Shown here in pieces: positions 1-6,040 of a stretch of 6,040 nucleotides of DNA (position 1 is its first letter; every line of letters starts with the position of its first letter). Under the pieces are notes generated by a model that saw nothing but the letters and a program-made list of their open reading frames with translations, was not told where the DNA came from and did not search any database. The translations under genes and the position numbers were made by a program. Source of the DNA: Octopus sinensis (taxonomy: Eukaryota); contig NW_021829526.1 in NCBI RefSeq assembly GCF_006345805.1, positions 1 to 6,040 of the forward strand, given 5' to 3'.

Positions 1-1
1 G

Positions 2-463
2 AAACCATTTCTCATCCTCAGTCACTATTTGGCCCCAAAACGGTTCATTCGTGACATGTGACAACAAAGAAGAGCTCACATTCACTCTCTGCGAGCGATT
101 AGACTCGGGAAGTTTGAGGAATCCATTGACCCAATTTGCTGACTTTTCGAAGGCATGCAGGTATCGATGAATGGTTGAATGACCAAATCCAAGCTTCTCT
201 GCTAGTTCTTCAACAGTTACGATGGGATTTTGTTCCACCAGGGTTTGCAGGACATCCTCGTCAAACTCTACAGATCTTCCAGTACGAAGCTCGTCTTCTA
301 GGTTGTAGTTTCTGGCTCGGAATTTTTGGAACCACCGTTGATACTGGCTTATGTTTATTGTTCGATCCCCATATACTGCATTAATATTCCTCGCGCTTTC
401 CGTTGCGTTTTTGCCTTTATTGAACTCATAAAGCAAAACTTGCCGAATATGCTCTTTTGTCAC
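2..463 (-). pseudogene. Mariner transposase N-terminal half (two HTH regions, linker, first catalytic Asp); no ATG, internal compensating frameshifts
   Basis: Manual translation, 154 stop-free codons: VTKEHIRQVLLYEFNKGKNATESARNINAVYGDRTINISQYQRWFQKFRARNYNLEDELRTGRSVEFDEDVLQTLVEQNPIVTVEELAEKLGFGHSTIHRYLHAFEKSANWVNGFLKLPESNRSQRVNVSSSLLSHVTNEPFWGQIVTEDEKWF. RWFQKF..LEDE.R.GR and IVTEDEKW match mariner motifs (consensus IVTGDEKW). The WVPHEL-type linker appears only in a shifted frame (KVSKLGQWIP, ~118-148). No in-frame ATG lies between 463 and the upstream stop at 515-517. Confidence 0.88.
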
Positions 464-611
464 TATAATGATTATAGCTTTGATAAAATAACTTTTAAAA
501 TCGAACTGCACTCTTCAAGGACAAGCTAAAATTACTGCCTGCTGTTATAGCAAGTTGATGCAGGTAGATTATCCTGTCTGCCTCCGACTTTTAGTTCATG
601 CAATTGAAAAA

Positions 612-637
612 ACTGCATTATTTATGGGATGACCCAG
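612..637 (-). repeat. Putative left terminal inverted repeat of the mariner element
   Basis: Minus strand reads CTGGGTCATCCCATAAATAATGCAGT, resembling mariner TIR starts (TTGGGT...). It sits ~150-170 bp upstream of the transposase start region. The expected flanking TA is not intact and the partner TIR is outside the window. Confidence 0.6.
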
Positions 638-730
638 CACACACACACACACATGCACACACACAGACACACTCACATACACACACATACACTCATACAT
701 GTATCTATGTATGAGTATATGTGTGTGGGT
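638..730. repeat. Degenerate (CA)n/(TATG)n simple repeat
   Basis: Seen directly. Confidence 0.85.
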
Positions 731-826
731 CTTTGTGTCTGTGCTTGTTCCCCTCCCCCATCACTGTTTGACAACAGGTGTTGGCGTGTTTACGTGTGCA
801 TGCAAATTAGCGGTTCTGCAAAAAGA
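720..826 (+). mobile_element. Degenerate internal fragment of a probable cephalopod SINE
   Basis: gtgtctgtgcttgttcccctcccc...ttgacaacaggtgttggcgtgtttacgt...ttagcggttctgcaaaaaga resembles, from memory, the block that follows the internal GT microsatellite of an abundant octopus SINE. Not verified by search. Confidence 0.55.
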
Positions 827-838
827 ATCATTATGTGT

Positions 839-840
<2 letters not shown>

Positions 841-915
<75 letters not shown>

Positions 916-925
916 AGTATATATA
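841..925. repeat. Compound microsatellite (AC)20 followed by (AT)n
   Basis: Perfect AC repeat at 841-880, interrupted AT repeat at 881-925. Confidence 0.97.
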
Positions 926-1441
926 AATCAGAGAAAAACCACTATTATGTACTTCAAACAATGATAGACATAAACCAAATCATAAAAAAAAACATATTAC
1001 AAAACATATAACTAGATCACAAAAAGTACAAAAAAATGAATAAACAATATATAATAAGTAAGAAGACTACGTATATTTCATGGTTATGACTTCAATTCGA
1101 ATTACAATTAAATTTAAATTTAATCGAAAAAACAATTCAATTTAAAAGTATAGTCACTCCTCAGGTCAACAATAATAACAACAATAGTTAAATAAATAAT
1201 CAAATAGAATTAAACAATATTTCTTAAAGAAATAAAATCATAATTGTTCTTATAGAAGAAACTCCATTAACTAAATTTGAAACTTAAAAAGTAGGACCAG
1301 GTGTCTATAATACATTTATCATGTTAAAAATCTAAGGTAAAAAAAATATAGAGTAAATAGATAGAAAAATGTATTTATCTGTGAAGATATAATTTAGCTT
1401 TGAGAATAACATTAACAAACTATAGAATATATTTCCACTTG

Positions 1442-1940
1442 CTATACTCTAATATTTTACGATAAAACTATTTTACAAAACGATCACACTAAATACTTTT
1501 AGATTTTAGTTCACATATAATAATTATAAAATAATAAAATCAAATAAATGTACGTTTCTAAATTATAATTAACAAATATAGCAATTAGAAATCCATATTT
1601 TTCTATCAATAAACATATAAGTAAATAAATAAATTACTCCATTATTTCTTAAACAAATATTATACTTATCGTTCCGATGAATTTATAAATGCTAATACGT
1701 TTTTCGTTTTGAAATTTTTTAGTTTATAATATATCTTCGGTAAGATAAGTATACAATTTATTTAAGAAATAATAATGTAATCTGTATGATTATAGATTGA
1801 TAAATATGGATTTCTAATTTTTTTAATTTGTTAATGATAATTTAGATACGTACATTTATTTAATTATTATATGTGAACTTAAATCGAAAAGTATTAGTTC
1901 GGCTACTTTGTGAATTAGATTGTAAAATTTTTTAGTATAG
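1442..1940. repeat. Long imperfect inverted repeat (arms ~1442-1690 and ~1722-1940, spacer ~30 bp)
   Basis: Collinear blocks shared by the left arm and the reverse complement of the right arm: ctatact; aatactttt.gattt.agttcacatataataatta; aaataaatgtacgt.tctaaattat.attaacaaat; aattagaaatccatattt; attatttcttaaa.aaat..tatacttatc.t.ccga. Confidence 0.9.
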
Positions 1941-1970
1941 GTAAAGTTTTTTTATATTTAGTACTATTAA

Positions 1971-1972
<2 letters not shown>

Positions 1973-2034
<62 letters not shown>

Positions 2035-2049
2035 TAATAATAATAATAA
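1973..2049. repeat. (AAT)n microsatellite
   Basis: Seen directly, with one interruption near 2031. Confidence 0.97.
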
Positions 2050-2054
2050 GTACT

Positions 2055-2190
2055 TTTATAAACGAGAAGTAATACGTTTTTAGTTTTGGAATTTTTAAAA
2101 ATTTTTAATTTTTTTAAATTAAAAAAAATTTATTTCATAAATATTTTCGGAACGATAAGTATAATATTTATTTAAGAAATAATGGAGTAA
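2055..2190. repeat. Third partial copy: direct repeat of ~1682-1780; 2147-2190 is a near-perfect inverted copy of 1634-1677
   Basis: taatacgtttttagttttggaattttt (2070) vs taatacgtttttcgttttgaaattttt (1693). 2147-2190 matches the reverse complement of 1634-1677 at 43/44 positions (manual count). Confidence 0.9.
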
Positions 2191-2363
2191 CAGATAAAAA
2201 ATAGAGATATGTATCCTGAGCATTTGTTTAAAGTTTTTTTTAGCAAAGCTAGACTTTCTTTCGAAGAAAGCATAGAACCTACACACAAGTCAGGTCAGCT
2301 GTTTCTTTAAATTTGTTCACCACACTCTCACATCTGGATACACGAGTTCACACGGTCACATGT

Positions 2364-2485
2364 GCACACAGAAAGAGATAGACACACACACACACACATA
2401 TATGTATTATATATATATATAAGTGTACACACATATTTACGTGTGTCACATATATGGATACACACACGTGCGCACACACATATGT

Positions 2486-2529
<44 letters not shown>

Positions 2530-2659
2530 ACGTATAGACACACACTTTCTCTCTCAGGCAGACTTACAGTTACACATATGCATATGCATATATGTACACA
2601 CATGCTAAAATACATACACACACATACACCCACACACACTTTCTCTCACACGTATATAC

Positions 2660-2692
<33 letters not shown>

Positions 2693-2699
2693 TATATAT
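2364..2699. repeat. Compound degenerate (CA)/(TA)/(CT) microsatellite field
   Basis: Includes (TA)n at ~2490-2527 and (CT)n at ~2659-2680. It is the source of several spurious HT/YI/CV ORFs. Confidence 0.9.
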
Positions 2700-2759
2700 T
2701 TAGTCGCGTGGGAATTTTCCCACAGCCCACCCGTCTATACCAGAATCGAATTGAGGGAA

Positions 2760-2792
2760 ATGAGAGAGATAGCTATGAGAGAGATAGCTATG
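2760..2792. repeat. 15-bp tandem duplication (ATGAGAGAGATAGCT)x2 + ATG
   Basis: Exact copies at 2760-2774 and 2775-2789. Confidence 0.9.
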
Positions 2793-2802
2793 GATTTACA
2801 CA

Positions 2803-2836
2803 ACACACACACACACACACACACACAAACAAACAA

Positions 2837-2874
<38 letters not shown>

Positions 2875-2899
2875 TATATATATATATATATATAATATA
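2803..2899. repeat. Compound (AC)n/(AAAC)n/(AC)n/(AT)n microsatellite
   Basis: Seen directly. Confidence 0.95.
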
Positions 2900-2999
2900 T
2901 GTGCTAGTGAAAAACGTCACGTGCACTATTTAAATTTCATTCACAAAATTCATTGTTTCAATTTTTAGAACGAAAACCAAATAAATGTCATTTATGCGA

Positions 3000-3105
3000 G
3001 TGTGTGTGTATGTACATGTGTGTGGATGTCTGTGTGCGAATGCAAGTGAGTCTCTGTATGTGACTGTATGTCCATGTGTGAATGTACGCATGCGAATGTG
3101 TGTGT
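3000..3105. repeat. Degenerate (GT)-rich simple repeat
   Basis: Seen directly. Confidence 0.75.
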
Positions 3106-3425
3106 AAACTGAGAACAAGTTTTCTTTCAAAACATGTTTTTAAAAAAACACGACTATGTTCTTGTTTGATCTCCTCCGTTAAAGAAGTTTCATATTTTTT
3201 CATGAGTCTTTATATTTAGTTTGGAACAATAGCGTTCATAAATACATTATGATGAATCGAGACTTACACAATATTATTTTTTTGAAATAAGCTATTGATA
3301 ATGACGTGTTGTCCGCGCGTTCTGTGTTAAGTTGCAAAGGGGCTTGGGAATAATTTTATAAGTGATAAAAACATCAATACCGGACTTATAACCGTATAAT
3401 ATTAAGGCTTACTATATATATATAT

Positions 3426-3736
3426 ATCACCGTGATCACCGTGACCGACCAGGCTATCAGATGTTGCTACACGTCGCTGGTCACAATGCGCTTTTTTCAT
3501 TGTTTTAGCCTTCAAATGACGCCACCCCGCAGGCTAAGCGAGCAGGCCAACAGAAGAAAGAGTGAGAGAAAGTTGTGGCGAAAGAGTACAACAAGGATCG
3601 CCACCCCCCCTGCCGGAGCCTCGTGGAGCTTTAGGTGTTTTCGCTCAAGAAACACTCACAACGCCCGGTCTGGGAATCGAAACCGGCATTCCCACGACCG
3701 CGAGTCCGCTGCCCTAACCACTAGGCCATTGCGCCT

Positions 3737-3738
<2 letters not shown>
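3426..3738 (-). mobile_element. Full-length tRNA-derived SINE (possibly tRNA-Arg-like head) inserted in a (TA)n tract
   Basis: Minus strand begins GGAGGCGCAATGGCCTAGTGGTTAGGGCAGCGGACTCGCGGTCGTGGGAATGCCGGTTTCGATTCCC, with a Pol III A box (TGGCCTAGTGG, 3718-3728) and a B-box-like GGTTTCGATTCC (3673-3684). A ~240-bp body follows and ends in a tandem tail (CACGGTGAT)x2 at 3426-3443. TA repeats flank both sides. Confidence 0.88.

Positions 3739-3794
<56 letters not shown>
3739..3794. repeat. (AT)28 microsatellite
   Basis: Perfect repeat seen directly. Confidence 0.97.
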
Positions 3795-3796
<2 letters not shown>

Positions 3797-4010
3797 AATG
3801 TGACCGCGCGTGTGTACCGTTGGCGATGTTTTTCCTCCGTCTTCCCTTCTTTGGATCTTTCCTTTTCCTATGTTTCTGACGAAGAGCCCCGCTCGAAACG
3901 TTAACCCTCCTTCTTTCCTTCCTTCCTGAGCGTCCAATAATACTATATTTGCTCCACGCCTCGCGTTGTTGTGTTTTCTCTTTGTGTTTTTTTCATGTTT
4001 ATATAAACTT
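3795..4010 (+). mobile_element. Short (~215 bp) pyrimidine-rich element carrying a hammerhead-like motif (Penelope pLTR / retrozyme-like)
   Basis: Discrete block bounded by TA repeats on both sides, containing the hammerhead core at 3876-3902. The family assignment is an inference. Confidence 0.6.
3872..3905 (+). ncRNA. Minimal type I hammerhead ribozyme-like motif
   Basis: GTTT-CTGACGA-A-GAGC-CCC-GCTC-GAAA-CG-TT-AAC: exact CUGANGA and GAAA boxes around a 4-bp stem II (GAGC/GCTC). The stem III region is palindromic (AACGTT) and stem I is short and imperfect (GTT/AAC). Confidence 0.65.
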
Positions 4011-4030
4011 TATATATATAGTATATATAT

Positions 4031-4061
<31 letters not shown>
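4011..4061. repeat. Interrupted (TA)n microsatellite
   Basis: Seen directly. Confidence 0.95.
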
Positions 4062-4535
4062 GAAACAAAGTGAAGTTGTAAGATACCGCACGATGGAAAT
4101 AATATGAAAGAAGGTTTGAAAATGCAATTTTAAAAAGTGTTTATTCACTTGACCGGTTCCACTTTTTTAGAAAAAGATTGTCAATAGTAAAATCTAAAAG
4201 CTTTGTAAAAACCTTGTTGTGTTAAGTATTGGTTGTCACAAAATATTTACAATACATGTATACATTCTTTGATAATAATAAGAAAATGTTAAAAACAGTT
4301 TACAAGGAAAAATCTAGAGACAATATTAAAAAGTTCATAGAAAATATTAGGATTTCATTAAAAATCATGTTTGTTTGGAAGTATCTATACTTCTGTATAT
4401 ACATAGAAAATTATAAGTTCAGAAAGGTCATATTTTGGTGGTATATATATACAGAAGGAGATATATTTAGGAGTTTACAAAGAATTTGAGATAATCTGAC
4501 CTGCTTCACCATTTTTTCGCTTTCTGTCATTTAAT
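4062..4535 (-). mobile_element. Possible Penelope-like element terminal-repeat remnant (boundaries uncertain)
   Basis: Contains a degenerate hammerhead-like motif (4145-4190) immediately followed by AATAAA (4140-4145, minus strand), then a TA tract. No RT or GIY-YIG coding sequence was recognised. Confidence 0.4.
4145..4190 (-). ncRNA. Degenerate minimal hammerhead ribozyme-like motif (probably inactive)
   Basis: Minus strand: TTACTA-TTGACAA-T-CTTTTT-CTA-AAAAAG-T-GGAA-CCGG-TC-AAGTGA. Stem II CTTTTT/AAAAAG, palindromic stem III ACCGGT with a GUC site, stem I TTACT/AGTGA. The core has three deviations from CUGANGA/GAAA. Confidence 0.5.
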
Positions 4536-4657
4536 TTGTGTACGATATTATATTGTGTTGCAATGACTCTTTATTGTGAAAGCATAGTAGCCAACGAGTA
4601 AATATCATACATGTGTATTGTATATAACAGTTGTAGTCATGAAGTTTACCACTCACA

Positions 4658-4850
4658 TGGCAGAATCGTCGGGCAAAATGCTTAGCAGTATTTCGTCTGC
4701 CGCTACGTTCAGCGATCAAATTCCGCCGAGGTCGACTTTGCTTGTCATTCTTTCGGGGTCGATAAATTAAGTACCAATTGAGTACTGAGGTCGATGTAAT
4801 CGATTTATTCCCTCCCCCAAAATGGCTGCCCTTGTGGCAAAATTTGAAAT
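4658..4850 (+). mobile_element. tRNA-derived SINE, family 2, copy 1 (5'-truncated) with (CAT)n tail
   Basis: Direct repeat of 4944-5136. B box mutated (GATCAAATTCC, 4714-4724). Followed by a trinucleotide tail. Confidence 0.85.
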
Positions 4851-4858
4851 CATCATCA

Positions 4859-4894
<36 letters not shown>

Positions 4895-4928
4895 TATTAT
4901 TATTATTATCATCATCATCATCATCATT
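4851..4928. repeat. (CAT)n/(TAT)n microsatellite
   Basis: Seen directly; gives the poly-Met start of the spurious minus-strand ORF 4531-4893. Confidence 0.95.
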
Positions 4929-4931
4929 ACT

Positions 4932-5136
4932 AAGGTGGCGAGCTAGCAGAATCGTCGGGCAAAATGCTTAGCAGTATTTCGTCTGCCGCTACGTTCTGCG
5001 TTCAAATTCCGCCGAGGTTGACTTTACCTTTCATTCTTTCGGGGGTCGATAAATTAAGTACCCTTCAAACACTAGGATCGATGTAATCGATTTATCCCTC
5101 CTCCAAAATGGCTGCCCCTGTGGCAAAATTTGAAAT
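4932..5136 (+). mobile_element. tRNA-derived SINE, family 2, copy 2 (near full length)
   Basis: Starts AAGGTGGCGAGCTAGCAGAATCG (A-box-like TAGCAGAATCG), has B box GTTCAAATTCC at 5000-5010, and ends ...GTGGCAAAATTTGAAAT before an (ATT)n tail. Resembles, from memory, a very abundant octopus SINE. Confidence 0.87.
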
Positions 5137-5577
5137 CATCAGCATCTTCATTATTATTATATATTATTATTATTATTATTATGTTATCCTTATGATTATT
5201 ATTGTTAGATTATTTATTATATCATTATTATTATTATTATAATTATTATTATTATTTTTATTATTGTTATCATTATTATTATATTCATTATTATATTATA
5301 TTTTATTATTATTATGATATATTTTTAATATTATTATATTATATTATTATTATATCATTATTAATTATTATTATTATTATAATATTTATTATTATTATTA
5401 TTATTGTTATTATCATTATATTATATGATCATATATTATTATTATCATTATCATTATTATATATTATTATTATTGTTATTATCATCATTATTATTATTGT
5501 TATCATTATTATTATTATTATTATTATTGTTATATTATTAGTATTATTATTATTATCATTATTATTTATTATTATTA

Positions 5578-5616
<39 letters not shown>

Positions 5617-5623
5617 TTTATAA

Positions 5624-5682
<59 letters not shown>

Positions 5683-5688
5683 CTATTT
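5137..5688. repeat. ~550-bp degenerate (ATT)n/(ATC)n trinucleotide expansion
   Basis: Seen directly; explains the poly-Y/I/L ORF 5202-5690. Confidence 0.97.
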
Positions 5689-5705
5689 GATTTATATTTA
5701 CTTAC

Positions 5706-5825
5706 GTATTTATTTATTGCGTTGCATCCGTCGGTTTGCAACTGTACAAGAAGGTATTTGTTCTGAACCGCTTCGATCAAACCAGTCACGAAGGATCTAC
5801 GAGTGATGGGTGCAGCCCTTTCTTC
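5706..5825 (-). CDS. Putative internal coding exon (120 bp, phase 0/0) of an unidentified host gene: EERAAPITRRSFVTGLIEAVQNKYLLVQLQTDGCNAINKY
   Basis: Minus strand acceptor ...GAATTTGTCAG| (AG at 5827-5826), with a candidate branch point GATTAAC ~20-25 nt upstream. Donor |GTAAGT (5705-5700) is the perfect intronic consensus. Length is divisible by 3, only frame 0 is stop-free, and complexity and GC are higher than in the flanks. Protein family not recognised. Confidence 0.72.
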
Positions 5826-6014
5826 CTGACAAATTCAATATTTTTGTTAATCACTTAAAAACATTTCAAGGGTCTGTAAAGGTTTTGATGTTTGTTGTCT
5901 TCCATTTGTTATGAATCAAATATATATTTGTTCGGGTGTGGTTATTATGTTAGCGTTGTTCAGATTGCTGGTTGTTTTGGGGGGGGGGGGTGGCGAGGCG
6001 CAATGGATGAGAGC

Positions 6015-6040
6015 GGGGGTGGGTTGCAATGGGGTAGGGG
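6015..6040 (+). other. G-quadruplex-forming motif
   Basis: GGGGG-T-GGG-TTGCAAT-GGGG-TA-GGGG fits the pattern of four G3+ runs with 1-7 nt loops. A G12 run lies nearby at 5979-5990. Confidence 0.55.

Larger units (their letters stand above)
1..637 (-). mobile_element. Tc1/mariner (mariner-type) DNA transposon, 5' portion; runs off the left edge of the window
   Basis: Minus-strand translation of 463..2 is mariner-transposase-like (see next feature). A mariner-like terminal sequence lies at ~612-637 and is followed directly by a CA microsatellite. Confidence 0.9.

Noticed and set aside
136-529. Plus-strand ORFs 136-384 and 326-529
   Set aside because: They are antisense shadows of the minus-strand mariner transposase.
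1107-1124. Perfect 18-bp palindrome ATTAAATTTAAATTTAAT
   Set aside because: Pure A/T low complexity in very AT-rich surroundings; likely chance.
1960-2054. AGTACT on both sides of the AAT tract as a target-site duplication
   Set aside because: Only 6 bp and nothing but simple repeat lies between; cannot be distinguished from chance.
2249-2270. Hairpin CTTTCTT-TCG-AAGAAAG next to CTAG as a Helitron 3' end
   Set aside because: Only 1 nt separates hairpin and CTAG, the next base is not T, and no matching 5' end was seen.
629-3203. Multiple HT/YI/CV-rich ORFs
   Set aside because: They are translations of CA/TA/GT microsatellites, which lack stops by composition.
3660-3738. Possible tRNA gene on the minus strand
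   Set aside because: It has A/B boxes but no convincing acceptor stem or cloverleaf and continues into a SINE body; it is a SINE head.
3432-3803. 123-aa plus-strand ORF
   Set aside because: It is an antisense read of the SINE running into (AT)n.
4229-4893. ORFs 4229-4489 (+) and 4531-4893 (-)
   Set aside because: The first is AT-rich with no recognisable domain. The second starts in a CAT repeat and reads a SINE antisense.
5202-5690. 162-aa hydrophobic membrane-protein-like ORF
   Set aside because: It is a translation of the (ATT)n expansion.
5995-6006. GAGGCGCAATGG identical to the 5' start of the SINE at 3726-3737 (minus strand)
   Set aside because: Similarity stops after 12 bp with no complete A box or B box; not enough to call a copy.
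1-6040. CRISPR array, operon or other prokaryotic system
   Set aside because: There is no regularly spaced repeat-spacer structure and no gene-dense coding; the composition is that of a repeat-rich animal genome.

Overview
AT-rich, microsatellite-dense eukaryotic genomic DNA, not prokaryotic. From recollection of the repeat families it looks like an octopus (cephalopod) genome; this is unverified. All ORFs in the supplied track appear spurious: microsatellite translations or off-frame/antisense reads of repeats. Supported content: (1) the 5' part of a decayed mariner DNA transposon on the minus strand (1-637); (2) a ~500-bp imperfect AT-rich palindrome with a third partial copy (1442-2190); (3) a full-length tRNA-derived SINE on the minus strand (3426-3738) and two head-to-tail copies of a second SINE family (4658-5136); (4) two convergent short elements with minimal hammerhead-ribozyme-like motifs of the Penelope/retrozyme type, one with an intact core (+, 3872-3905) and one degenerate (-, 4145-4190); (5) a probable 120-bp phase-0 coding exon of an unidentified host gene on the minus strand (5706-5825). 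If that exon is real, much of the rest of the window is probably intron.
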